This document shows, piece by piece, positions 22,121-32,000 of a DNA stretch of 32,000 nucleotides (positions are counted from its first letter, which is position 1; every line of letters starts with the position of its first letter). Made by a program: the position numbers and the translations under genes. The DNA comes from Dickeya dadantii NCPPB 898 (lineage in GTDB: Bacteria; Pseudomonadota; Gammaproteobacteria; Enterobacterales; Enterobacteriaceae), in NCBI RefSeq assembly GCF_000406145.1, contig NZ_CM001976.1:3353206-3385205 (forward strand). The letters run 5' to 3'. The notes beneath the pieces are model-generated. The model had not been told where the DNA came from. It did not search any database and worked only from the letters and a program-made list of their open reading frames with translations.

Positions 22121-23335
22121 GTGAAAATTATTAGCGCAGAGGTGTTTGTCACCTGTCCGGGACGTAATTTCGTTACCTTGAAAATCACCACCGATGATGG
22201 CGTCACCGGTATTGGCGACGCCACATTGAACGGACGCGAGCTCTCGGTGGCGTCTTACCTTAAGGATCACATTTGCCCGCAGTTGATCGGCCGCGATGCC
22301 CGGCAGATCGAAGACATCTGGCAATACTTCTATAAAGGCGCCTACTGGCGCCGCGGCCCGGTCACCATGTCGGCCATTTCCGCCGTCGATATGGCGCTCT
22401 GGGACATCAAGGGTAAAGCGGCGAACATGCCGCTCTACCAGTTACTGGGCGGCGCTTCCCGCAGCGGCGTTATGGTGTATTGCCATACTACCGGCCATTC
22501 CATCGACGAGGTGCTGGAAGACTATGCCCGACACCGCGACCAGGGTTTCAAAGCCATTCGGGTACAGTGCGGCATCCCAGGGATGAAAACCACCTACGGC
22601 ATGGCGAAAGGCAAAGGGCTGGCGTACGAACCCGCCACCAAAGGCAACTGGCCGGAAGAGCAGATCTGGTCAACGGAGAAGTACCTCGACTTCATGCCCA
22701 ACCTGTTTGAAGCCGTACGCAGTAAGTTTGGTTTTAATGAACACCTGCTGCACGACATGCACCACCGCCTGACGCCGATTGAAGCGGCGCGTTTCGGCAA
22801 AAGCGTGGAACCCTACCGGTTGTTCTGGATGGAAGACCCGACGCCTGCCGAAAATCAGGCGTGCTTCCGCCTGATTCGCCAGCACACCGTCACGCCGATC
22901 GCGGTTGGTGAGGTGTTCAACAGTATCTGGGATTGTAAGCAACTGATCGAAGAGCAGTTAATCGATTACATCCGCACGACCATCACTCACGCCGGCGGCA
23001 TCACCGGTATGCGCCGTATCGCCGACTTTGCCTCGCTGTATCAGGTTCGCACCGGATCGCACGGCCCGTCGGATCTTTCGCCGGTCTGCATGGCTGCCGC
23101 GCTGCATTTCGATCTCTGGGTACCGAACTTCGGTATTCAGGAGTTCATGGGGTATTCCGAACAGATGCTCGACGTGTTCCCGCATAGCTGGACATTTGAA
23201 GACGGCTATATGCACCCCGGCGACAAACCCGGTCTGGGGATCGAGTTTGATGAAAAACTGGCGGCCAAATATCCCTATGAACCCGCCTATCTGCCGATTG
23301 CCCGTCTGGAAGACGGCACGCTGTGGAACTGGTAA
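22121..23335 (+). CDS. rspA: Enolase-superfamily D-mannonate dehydratase-subgroup protein (starvation-sensing protein RspA)
   Basis: 404 aa, near-identical over long runs to E. coli RspA ([27 protein letters not shown]...; ends [11 protein letters not shown]). The GTG start at 22121 gives the same N-terminus and length. Confidence 0.95.
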   Translation: MKIISAEVFVTCPGRNFVTLKITTDDGVTGIGDATLNGRELSVASYLKDHICPQLIGRDARQIEDIWQYFYKGAYWRRGPVTMSAISAVDMALWDIKGKAANMPLYQLLGGASRSGVMVYCHTTGHSIDEVLEDYARHRDQGFKAIRVQCGIPGMKTTYGMAKGKGLAYEPATKGNWPEEQIWSTEKYLDFMPNLFEAVRSKFGFNEHLLHDMHHRLTPIEAARFGKSVEPYRLFWMEDPTPAENQACFRLIRQHTVTPIAVGEVFNSIWDCKQLIEEQLIDYIRTTITHAGGITGMRRIADFASLYQVRTGSHGPSDLSPVCMAAALHFDLWVPNFGIQEFMGYSEQMLDVFPHSWTFEDGYMHPGDKPGLGIEFDEKLAAKYPYEPAYLPIARLEDGTLWNW

Positions 23336-23350
23336 GACAACGAGGTAGAC

Positions 23351-24373
23351 ATGAAAAGCATTGTGATTGAACACCCCAACGCGCTGACGATTGCCGATCG
23401 CGACCCCCCCCAGCCCGCGCATGGCGACGTCAGGGTCAAGGTCCAACTGGCCGGGATTTGCGGTTCCGACAGCCATATCTATCGCGGCCACAACCCGTTC
23501 GCCAAATACCCGCGCGTCATCGGCCATGAATTCTTTGGCGTTATCGATGCCGTCGGCGAAGGAGTGGATGCTGCGCGCATCGGCGAACGGGTTGCGGTCG
23601 ACCCGGTGGTCAGTTGTGGTCATTGCTACCCGTGCTCCGTCGGGCGGCCAAACGTTTGTACCGCTCTGACCGTTCTTGGCGTGCACCGTGACGGCGGTTT
23701 TAGCCAATACGCCGCCGTTCCGGCCAGAAACGCCTACCGCATTCCCGACAGCATTCCCGACGAGTTCGCGGTTATGGTGGAACCCTTTACCATTGCCGCC
23801 AACGTAGCCGCGCAAGTCCGGCCGACCGAACAGGATACCGTGCTGATATACGGCGCCGGGCCGATGGGGTTGACTTCGGTGCAGGTGCTCAAAGGGGTCT
23901 ACCACGTTAAAGACGTGATTGTGGTCGATCGCATTCCCGAACGTCTGGTCATGGCACAGCACTGCGGCGCGGACATGGTGCTGGATAATCGTGAGCACCC
24001 GCTGGCGGAGACACTAAAACAGCGTGGTATCCAGCCCACGCTGATCATTGATGCCGCCTGCCATCCCGGCATTCTGCAGGAGGCTATCTCGCTGGCCTCG
24101 CCGGCGGCGCGTATCGCCATCATGGGTTTTTCCAGCGAACCCAGCCAGATTACCCAGCAGAGCATTACCAGCAAGGAGTTGTCCATTTTCTCATCCCGCC
24201 TCAACGCCCATAAATTCCCACAGGTGATTGAATGGCTGGAACAGCGATTGATTGACCCGGCGAAACTGATCACACACCGGTTTCATTATGCCGATGTCGT
24301 TCAGGCTATCGATATCTTTGAGAAAGACCAGAAGCGCTGCTGCAAGGTGTTATTAACGTTTGAAGAGGCATAG
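23351..24373 (+). CDS. rspB: Zn-dependent alcohol dehydrogenase family (RspB; L-gulonate 5-dehydrogenase-like)
   Basis: 340 aa, colinear with E. coli RspB ([42 protein letters not shown] is identical; ends CCKVLLTF). Confidence 0.95.
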   Translation: [340 protein letters not shown]

Positions 24374-24392
24374 TTAATCTCAGCATTTTAAT

Positions 24393-24423
24393 CAGGTGAG
24401 CGACAAAATAAAGCGCTCACCTG
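24393..24423 (+). other. Stem-loop after rspB (possible weak terminator or processing site)
   Basis: caggtgagcg (24393-24402) pairs with cgctcacctg (24414-24423): a 10-bp perfect stem with an 11-nt loop. No U-tract follows (ctgaaaagc). Confidence 0.35.
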
Positions 24424-24782
24424 CTGAAAAGCACAACGCGTGGGCGCTTTAACACCACAATCCCCCGTAATGTGAATAAATCAGTGACCGGGGATAAACG
24501 CAGAATATATCTGCAACCTGATGTATGGCGGATATATATACCTGAAAGGAGAAACGATAAAACAGATTACCCAAAAATAACTCAAGCGCAGGATATTTTA
24601 CTCACCTGCCGCCTGAACGATAACGGGTATATTTTCCTGATAATAAAAACCGTCACCACCGTTATTTATTACTGTACTTTCCGGATCGTTTAACCAGACC
24701 CGGAATGGTGTGTCGCGCACATAATCATAATTTTTCCATCGTTGTGCGATGCGTATCACCACTATTCAAAAAGAGTATAAAC

Positions 24783-26204
24783 ATGAATAAAGCACAAACG
24801 ACGTCTGAATCCGGCAAGACCGAAAGAGATACCTCTGATTTGGTTAAAGCGGCGATCTCCGGATGGTTAGGCACCGCGCTGGAATTTATGGATTTTCAGT
24901 TGTATTCGCTAGGGGCCGCCTTGGTTTTTCATGAAATCTTTTTCCCTGAACAATCGGCCGCCATGGCGTTAATTCTGGCGATGGGTACTTACGGTGCAGG
25001 TTATATCGCCCGTATTATCGGTGCCGTGGTGTTCGGCAGAATGGGCGATTCCATCGGCAGGAAAAAGGTGTTGTTTATTACCATCACGATGATGGGGATC
25101 TGTACCACACTGATTGGCGTCTTGCCCACCTATGCGCAAATCGGCATTTTCGCGCCGCTGCTGCTGGTCACATTGCGTATCGTGCAGGGGCTGGGCGCCG
25201 GCGCGGAAATTTCCGGTGCCGGCACCATGCTGGCGGAATATGCGCCCAGCGGGAAGCGCGGCATTATCTCTTCGCTGGTCGCCATGGGCACGAACTGCGG
25301 TACCCTGAGCGCCACCGGCATCTGGGCCGCCATGTTTTTCCTGCTCGACAGAGAGCAGTTGTTAGCCTGGGGCTGGCGCATTCCGTTCCTGGCCAGCGCC
25401 ATTGTGATGGTTTTCGCCATCTGGCTGCGTATGAACCTGAAAGAAAGCCCGGTATTTGAACAGGTCAGCGACACCGCCGTCGATACAGCGAAAGCGAATA
25501 ATCCCCGGGCAAGCCAGCACAAATCTCTGACGGAAATGTTCAGCAGTAAATCATTCTGGCTGGCGACCGGATTACGTTTTGGTCAGGCCGGTAATTCCGG
25601 ATTGATTCAAACGTTTCTGGCCGGTTATCTGGTGCAAAGTTTGTTATTTGAAAAACGTATTCCGACCGACGCACTCATGCTCAGTTCGATTATCGGCTTT
25701 ATGACGATTCCGCTATTAGGCTGGTTGTCAGATAAATTCGGCCGCCGTCTACCTTATATTATTCTGAATATTTCCGCCATCGTGCTGGCCTACCCGATGT
25801 TGTCGATTATCGTCAATAAAGACATGGGGGTCAGCACGATTATTGCCGCCATTATCATTATTCATAATATTGCGGTGCTGGGACTGTTCGCGCTGGAAAA
25901 TATCACCATCGCCGAGCTGTTCGGATCACGAAATCGCTTTACACAAATGGCCATCGCCAAAGAAGCCGGCGGTTTAATCGCCGTCGGGTTAGGCCCGGTG
26001 TTGGCAGGTATTTTCTGTAATATGGCCGGTTCCTGGTGGCCGATTGTCGTGATGCTGGTGACCTATTCCTGCATTGGGCTCATTACCGCCCTCGCAATGC
26101 CGGAAGTCAAAGATCGTGATTTGAGCATGCCGGAAGACGCCACCGATACTCAGGCTGCGCACCACGCGACTGCCTCATCACACCGCCAATACAAGGGGCT
26201 TTAA
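24783..26204 (+). CDS. MFS metabolite:H+ symporter family transporter (YdfJ-like)
   Basis: 473 aa with 12-TM MFS architecture and MHS-family motifs (GRMGDSIGRKKV, RIVQGLGAGAE). ATG 24783 has AAGAG upstream. The ORF-track start at 24705 adds 26 residues over AT-rich DNA. Confidence 0.88.
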   Translation: MNKAQTTSESGKTERDTSDLVKAAISGWLGTALEFMDFQLYSLGAALVFHEIFFPEQSAAMALILAMGTYGAGYIARIIGAVVFGRMGDSIGRKKVLFITITMMGICTTLIGVLPTYAQIGIFAPLLLVTLRIVQGLGAGAEISGAGTMLAEYAPSGKRGIISSLVAMGTNCGTLSATGIWAAMFFLLDREQLLAWGWRIPFLASAIVMVFAIWLRMNLKESPVFEQVSDTAVDTAKANNPRASQHKSLTEMFSSKSFWLATGLRFGQAGNSGLIQTFLAGYLVQSLLFEKRIPTDALMLSSIIGFMTIPLLGWLSDKFGRRLPYIILNISAIVLAYPMLSIIVNKDMGVSTIIAAIIIIHNIAVLGLFALENITIAELFGSRNRFTQMAIAKEAGGLIAVGLGPVLAGIFCNMAGSWWPIVVMLVTYSCIGLITALAMPEVKDRDLSMPEDATDTQAAHHATASSHRQYKGL

Positions 26205-26207
26205 ACC

Positions 26208-27680
26208 ATGACATTATCCCATGCTGCGTTGCCCCATCTGCCCGATGCGGTCATCACGCCCGCCTACGACCGGGCGGCACTGAAAACCCGCATCGTTCAT
26301 CTGGGGTTCGGCGCCTTCCACCGCGCTCATCAGGCGGTCTACGCCGATCGACTGGCGGCGGAACACGCCAGTGACTGGGGATATTGCGACATTAACCTGA
26401 TCGGCGGCGAGCAACACATCGCCGATCTTCGGCGACAGGATCACCTGTTCAGCGTGGCGGAAATGTCGCCGCAGGCGTGGCACTGCCGGGTGGTGGGCGT
26501 GGTTCGGCAAGCATTGCACGCCGAAACCGACGGCATCGAGGCGGTACTGGCCGCCATGAGCCAGCCAGACATCGCCATCGTGTCGCTGACCGTAACGGAA
26601 AAAGGCTACTGCCACTCGCCCGCGACCGGTCAGTTGCTGCTGGATCACCCGCTGATTACCGCCGATCTCGCTCATCCGTCCGCGCCCCGCTCTGCGCCAG
26701 GCGTTATCGTGGCGGCGCTGGCGCGTCGCAAAGCCGCCGGGTTGCCGGCGTTCAGCGTGATGTCGTGCGATAACATGCCGGAAAATGGCCGCGTCACCCG
26801 TAACGTCGTGCTGGCCTACGCCCGTGCGCTCGACCCGGAACTGGCAGTCTGGATAGAGCAGCACGCCACCTTCCCGTCCACCATGGTGGACCGCATTGTC
26901 CCGGCGGTCACCGCCGACACGTTAAGCCAGCTTGCTGGGCAACTGGGCGTGGACGATCCGGTCGGCGTCGCCTGCGAGCCGTTTGCACAGTGGGTTATTG
27001 AAGACCACTTCGTCAATGGCCGACCCGCCTGGGAAAAGGTGGGCGTGGAACTGGTGCAGGATGTGTTGCCGTACGAGGAAATGAAACTGCGTATGCTCAA
27101 CGGCAGCCACTCTTTTCTGGCGTATCTGGGCTATCTGGCGGGTTATGCCCATATCAGCGACTGTATGCAGGACCCGGCGCTGGTCGCTGCCGCCCGGCAT
27201 CTGATGCTGCAGGAGCAGGCGCCGACGCTGCGCACCCGTGGGGTCGATCTGGTCGCCTACGCCGACGCGCTATTACAGCGCTATCGCAATACCGCGCTAA
27301 AACACCGGACCTGGCAAATCGCCATGGACGGTTCGCAAAAGTTGCCGCAGCGCATGCTTGATTCCATACGCTGGCATCTGGCGCACGACAGCCGATTCGA
27401 CATGCTGGCGCTGGGCGTCGCCGGTTGGATGCGCTATGTCGGCGGCGTTGACGAACAAGGCCAACCGATCGAGATCAGCGATCCTCTGAAAGAGGCGCTG
27501 GCGCTGGCCGTCCAACACAGTGAACAGGGGGAAGCCCGTGTGCGGGCGCTGCTGGCGCAGGAGACCATTTTTGGCCGCGACCTGCCCACCGACGGCCGCT
27601 TTGTCCAGACGGTGACCCGCTACTATCTGTCGCTGGTCAATCATGGCGTCAAGGCTACGCTACAGGCACTGACCCAATAA
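26208..27680 (+). CDS. Mannitol dehydrogenase family oxidoreductase (fructuronate/D-mannonate oxidoreductase-like, YdfI-like)
   Basis: 490 aa with the N-terminal Rossmann motif [15 protein letters not shown], then LTVTEKGY and SCDNMPENG, typical of the UxuB/MtlD long-chain family. It starts 3 nt after the transporter stop. Confidence 0.9.
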   Translation: MTLSHAALPHLPDAVITPAYDRAALKTRIVHLGFGAFHRAHQAVYADRLAAEHASDWGYCDINLIGGEQHIADLRRQDHLFSVAEMSPQAWHCRVVGVVRQALHAETDGIEAVLAAMSQPDIAIVSLTVTEKGYCHSPATGQLLLDHPLITADLAHPSAPRSAPGVIVAALARRKAAGLPAFSVMSCDNMPENGRVTRNVVLAYARALDPELAVWIEQHATFPSTMVDRIVPAVTADTLSQLAGQLGVDDPVGVACEPFAQWVIEDHFVNGRPAWEKVGVELVQDVLPYEEMKLRMLNGSHSFLAYLGYLAGYAHISDCMQDPALVAAARHLMLQEQAPTLRTRGVDLVAYADALLQRYRNTALKHRTWQIAMDGSQKLPQRMLDSIRWHLAHDSRFDMLALGVAGWMRYVGGVDEQGQPIEISDPLKEALALAVQHSEQGEARVRALLAQETIFGRDLPTDGRFVQTVTRYYLSLVNHGVKATLQALTQ

Positions 27681-27816
27681 CCCGCCCGACACGCACAGGC
27701 CGACACCCCGCCAGCCTGTGCGATACTCACCCGTCGGGAAAATGACGCGCCTTATGGATAAGGCGTCGGCTAACCATGTATCATGATGACAAATGGCTTA
27801 AATACACCACGGATGC

Positions 27817-28521
27817 ATGGATAACTACTCTCAAATCAACAACTACTCTCAAATCAACAACAACGAACCTGTTAATCAACAGATCTACCGCGTATTGCGC
27901 AAAGACATCGTGGAGTGCACGATCCCACCCGGCAAGCTTCTGTCTGAAAAGGAAATTTCAACACGTTTTTCCGTCTCCCGTCAGCCGGTGCGGGAAGCGT
28001 TCATCAAACTGGCGGAAGCCGGGCTGGTACAGATTCTGCCGCAACGCGGCACGTTCGTGATGAAGATTTCCGAGCAGCGCGTGGCCGACGCCCGCTTTAT
28101 CCGTCAGGCACTGGAATGCGCTATCGTACGCCGGGCGGCCGAATACATCACCGATGAACAGTTGTTGATGCTGGAACACAATCTGCGACGTCAGGAACTG
28201 GCGGCCCAGAATGGGCAGATACGCGAATTTCTCAGTCTGGACGATGATTTCCATCAGTTGCTGACGCAGATAGCCAAATGTCCGCTGGCCTGGGAGACGA
28301 TCGAATCCATCAAAGCTACGATGGATCGGGTGCGTTTCCTGGGCCTCAGTCAGGTGTCGCCGCCGGCCAGCCTGATTCAGCAGCACTATTTAATTTTCAA
28401 TGGATTAAAAGCCCGCGATGCGGATGCGGTAGAAAAAGCGATGAGCGGACATCTGCAGGAAATGATTCACTCCATTACCCCTATCGCCGAGCAGAACCGG
28501 GACTGGTTTGAACTGCCCTAA
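27817..28521 (+). CDS. GntR/FadR-subfamily transcriptional regulator (YdfH/RspR-like)
   Basis: 234 aa. [61 protein letters not shown] parallels E. coli YdfH ([61 protein letters not shown]). An FCD domain follows. Confidence 0.88.
   Translation: MDNYSQINNYSQINNNEPVNQQIYRVLRKDIVECTIPPGKLLSEKEISTRFSVSRQPVREAFIKLAEAGLVQILPQRGTFVMKISEQRVADARFIRQALECAIVRRAAEYITDEQLLMLEHNLRRQELAAQNGQIREFLSLDDDFHQLLTQIAKCPLAWETIESIKATMDRVRFLGLSQVSPPASLIQQHYLIFNGLKARDADAVEKAMSGHLQEMIHSITPIAEQNRDWFELP
27823..27858. repeat. Perfect 18-bp tandem duplication in codons 3-14 of the RspR-like gene
   Basis: aactactctcaaatcaac occurs twice (27823-27840 and 27841-27858), encoding [12 protein letters not shown]. Confidence 0.9.
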
Positions 28522-28623
28522 GCCGGTGACGCCCCAAATCGCGCCGATATTGATTCGACCGTTTTTCTCCGTCGCAGCCTGTCTCGCTGAATGATGGCTT
28601 AGGCCGCCAGGCGGCTCAAGCCA

Positions 28624-28655
28624 CGCTCAGAGCCTATCTCAATAGGCTCTGAGCG
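28624..28655. terminator. Strong hairpin between convergent rspR-like and hutU genes (probable bidirectional terminator)
   Basis: cgctcagagcctat (28624-28637), loop ctca, ataggctctgagcg (28642-28655): a 14-bp perfect stem. The U-tracts are weak on both strands. Confidence 0.6.
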
Positions 28656-28665
28656 CCGTCGTGTT

Positions 28666-30372
28666 CTATTTCACCATCGGCAAATTCAACCGATGCTCTG
28701 CCGCACAGGCGGTGGCAACCTCGTAACCGGCGTCGGCGTGGCGCATCACCCCGGTGGCCGGGTCATTCCACAGCACCCGCGCCAGTCGGGCATCGGCCTG
28801 TTCGCTGCCGTCGCAGACGATCACCATCCCGGCATGCTGGGAAAAGCCCATGCCGACGCCGCCGCCGTGGTGCAAACTAACCCAGGTAGCGCCGCCCGCC
28901 GTGTTCAGCAGCGCGTTGAGCAGCGGCCAGTCCGATACCGCGTCAGAGCCGTCCTGCATCGCTTCCGTTTCCCGGTTGGGCGAGGCCACCGAACCGCAGT
29001 CCAGATGGTCGCGGCCGATGACGATCGGCGCTTTCAGCTCGCCGTTGCGCACCATCTCGTTGAACGCCAGCCCGGCCAGATGCCGTTCTCCCAGCCCCAG
29101 CCAACAGATGCGCGACGGCAATCCCTGAAAAGCGATGCGCTCGCGCGCCATATCCAGCCAGCGGTGCAGGTGGTGGTTATCCGGAAACAGTTCCTTCAGT
29201 TTGGCGTCGGTCTTATAAATATCTTCCGGATCGCCGGACAGCGCCACCCAGCGGAACGGCCCTTTGCCTTCGCAAAACAGCGGGCGGATATAGGCCGGGA
29301 CGAAGCCGGGGAAATCAAAGGCGTTACGCACGCCTTCATCCAGTGCGCGCTGGCGGATATTGTTGCCGTAATCCACGGTGGGCACGCCCATGTGGCAAAA
29401 ATCCAGCATCGCCTGCACATGCACCGCCATCGAGGCGCAGGCGGCTTTCACCACCGCGTCCGGGTTGGCGATACGTTCCTGCTGCCAGCGCGCCACGCTC
29501 CAGCCTGCCGGCAGGTAACCGTTGAGCGGGTCATGGGCGGAGGTCTGGTCGGTGACGATATCCGGTTTCATGCCGCCGGCTTTGGCGCGTTTCACCAGTT
29601 CCGGCAATACCTCGGCGGCGTTGCCCAGCAGGCCGACGGAGATGGCTTTCTGCTGCGCGCCGGCCTCGGTGATCATCGCCAGCGCCTCGTCGATGCTGTC
29701 GGTCTTGTAATCCAGATAGCGGGTGCGCAGCCGAAAATCGATGCGGGACTCCTGACACTCCACCGCCAGTACCGACGCCCCGGCCAGCACGCCCGCCAGC
29801 GGCTGGGCGCCGCCCATGCCGCCGAGACCGGCGGTGAGGATCCATTTGCCGCTCAGATCGCCGTGATAGTGTTGACGGCCGGCTTCGGCGAAGGTTTCAT
29901 AAGTCCCCTGCACGATGCCCTGCGCGCCGATGTAAATCCACGATCCGGCGGTCATCTGGCCGTACATCATCAGCCCGGCTTTATCCAGCTCATGAAAATG
30001 TTCCCAGGTGGCCCAATGCGGCACCAGATTGGAGTTGGCGATCAAGACCCTGGGGGCGTCGGCGTGGGTGCGAAACACCCCGACCGGCTTGCCGGACTGC
30101 ACCAGCAGGGTTTCATCCGCTTTCAACTGGCGCAGGCTGGTCAGAATCGCGTCGAAGCAGGCCCAGTTGCGCGCCGCCTTGCCGATACCGCCGTACACCA
30201 CCAGGTCTTCCGGACGCTCGGCCACATCCGGGTCAAGGTTGTTCTGGATCATGCGGTAGGCGGCTTCGATCAGCCAGTTTTCACAGTGCAGTTCGGTACC
30301 GTGCGGCGCGCGTACCACACGGGCGAGAGAAGACGCAGTCGAAGATGAAGCGGTAGAAGATGAAGTGGTCAT
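28666..30372 (-). CDS. hutU: Urocanate hydratase
   Basis: 568 aa with canonical HutU blocks ([37 protein letters not shown], ...). ATG 30372 has AAGGA 7 nt upstream and follows the hutH stop by 13 nt. The ORF-track start at 30411 overlaps hutH. Confidence 0.95.
   Translation of the reverse strand: MTTSSSTASSSTASSLARVVRAPHGTELHCENWLIEAAYRMIQNNLDPDVAERPEDLVVYGGIGKAARNWACFDAILTSLRQLKADETLLVQSGKPVGVFRTHADAPRVLIANSNLVPHWATWEHFHELDKAGLMMYGQMTAGSWIYIGAQGIVQGTYETFAEAGRQHYHGDLSGKWILTAGLGGMGGAQPLAGVLAGASVLAVECQESRIDFRLRTRYLDYKTDSIDEALAMITEAGAQQKAISVGLLGNAAEVLPELVKRAKAGGMKPDIVTDQTSAHDPLNGYLPAGWSVARWQQERIANPDAVVKAACASMAVHVQAMLDFCHMGVPTVDYGNNIRQRALDEGVRNAFDFPGFVPAYIRPLFCEGKGPFRWVALSGDPEDIYKTDAKLKELFPDNHHLHRWLDMARERIAFQGLPSRICWLGLGERHLAGLAFNEMVRNGELKAPIVIGRDHLDCGSVASPNRETEAMQDGSDAVSDWPLLNALLNTAGGATWVSLHHGGGVGMGFSQHAGMVIVCDGSEQADARLARVLWNDPATGVMRHADAGYEVATACAAEHRLNLPMVK
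30335..30364. repeat. Imperfect 15-bp tandem duplication at the hutU 5' end (SSSTA x2)
   Basis: gcagtcgaagatgaa / gcggtagaagatgaa (13/15 identical) on the plus strand. It encodes [15 protein letters not shown] on the coding strand. Confidence 0.8.
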
Positions 30373-30385
30373 GGAAAATTCCTTA

Positions 30386-31942
30386 TCAAACGGACGCCGG
30401 GTCGGCGGCATAACTGGGCAATAATGCGGTGATCACGGACGGCCAGCGTTCGCGGCTGGCCCACTGGCGCATCAGGTCAATATCGGTCGCCATCAGGCGG
30501 TCGTGGTCCAGAAACGCGACCTGTTCACGCACCTGAGCCAGTTCGCGTTCCAGCAACGGCGAGCTTTTCAGCGGACGATGGAAATCGATGCCTTGCGCGG
30601 CGGCCATCGCTTCAATCCCCACCACGGTGGCGGTGTTAAAACACATGCTGCCGAGACGGCGGGCGGCGTAGGTCGCCATCGACACATGATCCTCCTGATT
30701 GGCGGAGGTCGGCAGGCTGTCCACGCTGCCGGGATGGGCCAGCGACTTGTTTTCCGACGCCAGCGCGGCGGCGGTGACCTGGGCGATCATAAACCCGGAA
30801 TTGACGCCGCCGTCGTTAACCAGAAACGGCGGCAGCCCGGACAATGTGCTGTCGAGCAGCAGCGCCATGCGCCGCTCGGAAATGGCGCCGATTTCCGCCA
30901 CCGCCAGTGCGATGATATCGGCGGCGAACGCCACCGGTTCGGCGTGAAAATTGCCGCCGGAGATCACCTCGTCGGTTTCCGGAAACACCAGCGGATTATC
31001 CGACGCGGCGTTGGCTTCGATGCACAGCACGCGGGCGGCGTGCTGCAAATTATCCAGACACGCGCCCATCACCTGCGGCACGCAGCGGATGGAGTACGGG
31101 TCCTGCACCCGGCCGCAGTTAGCATGCGACTGCAAAATCTCGCTGTCCGTCAGCAAAGTGCTGACCGCCGCCGCCACCGCCATCTGCCCTTGCTGACCGC
31201 GCGCCTGATGGATGCGGGCGTCGAACGGCTTCACCGAGCCTTTGATCGCTTCCAGCGACAGCGCGCCGGCCACCAGCCCGGCGGCAAACACCTTTTCGGC
31301 CTCGAACAGCCCGCGTAGCGCCAGTGCGGTGGACACCTGGGTGCCGTTGAGCAGCGCCAGCCCCTCTTTCGGCCCCAGCACCAGCGGTTCAACGCCCGCC
31401 CGCACCAGCCCCTCGGCCGCCGGAATCAACACGCCGTCGACCCGCGCCGGCCCTTCTCCCAGCAGCAGCAGCGACAGGTGCGCCAGCGGCGCCAGATCGC
31501 CGCTGGCGCCCACCGAGCCTTTCTCCGGAATGCAGGGCATCACCCCGGCGTTGAACAGCGCCAGCAAGGTGTCGATCACCTGCAACCGTACCCCGGAATG
31601 CCCGCGCGCCAGGCTGACGACTTTGGTCGCCATCACCAGACGCAGTACGTCATCCGGCAACAAGTCGCCGATGCCCACGCTGTGAGACAGCACCAGATTA
31701 CGTTGCAGCTCCGCCAGTCGCTCCGCGGGAATGCGGGTTTGGGCCAGCTTGCCAAAACCGGTGTTGATGCCATAGACCACCCGGTCCTGACGGACAATGC
31801 GCTGCACCGTTTCCTGCGCCGCCGCCACCGCCGCGCGCGCCTGCTCCACCAGCGTCAGGGTGACATTGCCCTGATAAATGGCGCGCAGCGTGGCGAGATC
31901 CACCGCGCCGGGCGTCAGGCAATAGCTTCGGGTTTGTGACAT
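30386..31942 (-). CDS. hutH: Histidine ammonia-lyase
   Basis: 518 aa with the MIO-forming motif [15 protein letters not shown] and family-wide similarity. ATG 31942 has AGGA 8 nt upstream. The ORF-track start at 31999 adds 19 residues over AT-rich leader DNA. Confidence 0.95.
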   Translation of the reverse strand: MSQTRSYCLTPGAVDLATLRAIYQGNVTLTLVEQARAAVAAAQETVQRIVRQDRVVYGINTGFGKLAQTRIPAERLAELQRNLVLSHSVGIGDLLPDDVLRLVMATKVVSLARGHSGVRLQVIDTLLALFNAGVMPCIPEKGSVGASGDLAPLAHLSLLLLGEGPARVDGVLIPAAEGLVRAGVEPLVLGPKEGLALLNGTQVSTALALRGLFEAEKVFAAGLVAGALSLEAIKGSVKPFDARIHQARGQQGQMAVAAAVSTLLTDSEILQSHANCGRVQDPYSIRCVPQVMGACLDNLQHAARVLCIEANAASDNPLVFPETDEVISGGNFHAEPVAFAADIIALAVAEIGAISERRMALLLDSTLSGLPPFLVNDGGVNSGFMIAQVTAAALASENKSLAHPGSVDSLPTSANQEDHVSMATYAARRLGSMCFNTATVVGIEAMAAAQGIDFHRPLKSSPLLERELAQVREQVAFLDHDRLMATDIDLMRQWASRERWPSVITALLPSYAADPASV

Positions 31943-31951
31943 ATATCTAAT

Positions 31952-31965
31952 CCTGTATAGACAAG
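31952..31965. promoter_or_regulatory. GntR/HutC-type operator-like inverted repeat upstream of hutH
   Basis: CCTGTATAGACAAG contains the GT-N-TA-N-AC core typical of HutC-subfamily operators. The arms are imperfect (5/7). It overlaps the hutH Shine-Dalgarno region. Confidence 0.35.
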
Positions 31966-32000
31966 TAGAACTAAAAAAATCCGGCTGATGCTTTTCCATT

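Noticed and set aside
22958-23998. 346-aa minus-strand ORF spanning the rspA-rspB junction
   Set aside because: It runs antisense across two strongly supported genes and their intergenic gap. No domain is recognisable.
24472-24693. 73-aa ORF in the rspB-transporter spacer
   Set aside because: It is an AT-rich intergenic ORF with a non-ATG start, no RBS and no similarity I recognise. An AGGAG at ~24546-24550 is not followed by a start codon at usable spacing.
27691-27770. Two hairpins after the ydfI-like gene (cgcacaggc..gcctgtgcg and cgccttat-gg-ataaggcg), considered as terminators
   Set aside because: Neither is followed by a U-tract, and the second has a 2-nt loop. They may modulate read-through into the regulator gene, but I cannot support a terminator call.
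28693-30348. 551-aa plus-strand ORF covering almost all of hutU
   Set aside because: It is antisense to a gene with unmistakable urocanate hydratase homology. The product is Arg/Gly/Ala/His-rich low-complexity sequence typical of a shadow frame in GC-rich, codon-biased DNA. There is no RBS and no recognisable domain.
30503-31318. 271-aa plus-strand ORF (and 31212..31685, 31478..31939) inside hutH
   Set aside because: These are antisense shadow frames of histidine ammonia-lyase.

Overview
This window looks like chromosomal DNA from a soft-rot Pectobacteriaceae, most likely Dickeya. That is inferred from a 344-aa FnIII+PL3 pectate lyase matching my recollection of PelI, and from a galactan (gan) locus with the layout published for Erwinia chrysanthemi/Dickeya dadantii. 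I support about 27 protein-coding genes. I saw no rRNA, tRNA, CRISPR array, transposase, integrase or phage genes.

Gene order:
- stand-alone PTS EIIB (cellobiose type)
- possible 53-aa ORF
- roxA (ycfD)
- sigma28-driven yjfB-like motility gene
- pirin and azoR (minus strand) with a divergent LysR regulator
- gan locus: ganR, ganL porin (split by a frameshift in an A7 run), an orphan EIIB(Glc)-like gene, ganB-ganA-ganG-ganF-ganE on the minus strand, and divergent ganK
- 500-bp non-coding spacer with tandem repeats
- M20 amidohydrolase
- AT-rich islet with a lipoprotein gene and a doubtful small ORF
- pelI
- YbdH-like Fe-ADH
- rspA-rspB-ydfJ-ydfI-ydfH(rspR)-like sugar-acid cluster
- hutH-hutU (minus strand)

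I found no convincing novel multi-gene system such as a defence island, toxin-antitoxin pair or secretion module. The region reads as conserved catabolic and plant-cell-wall-utilisation neighbourhoods. The items most worth a second look are:
- the frameshifted ganL at a slippery A-run
- the separately transcribed orphan EIIB-like protein inside the galactan locus
- a recurring pattern of short tandem duplications: 14 bp x4 and 13 bp x2 upstream of the amidohydrolase, in-frame repeats at the N-termini of GanG, RspR and HutU, and a 20-bp imperfect repeat between azoR and pirin
- lac-operator-like and CRP-like motifs in the gan control regions
- the AT-rich islet beside pelI

All homology statements come from my memory of reference proteins, not from searches.
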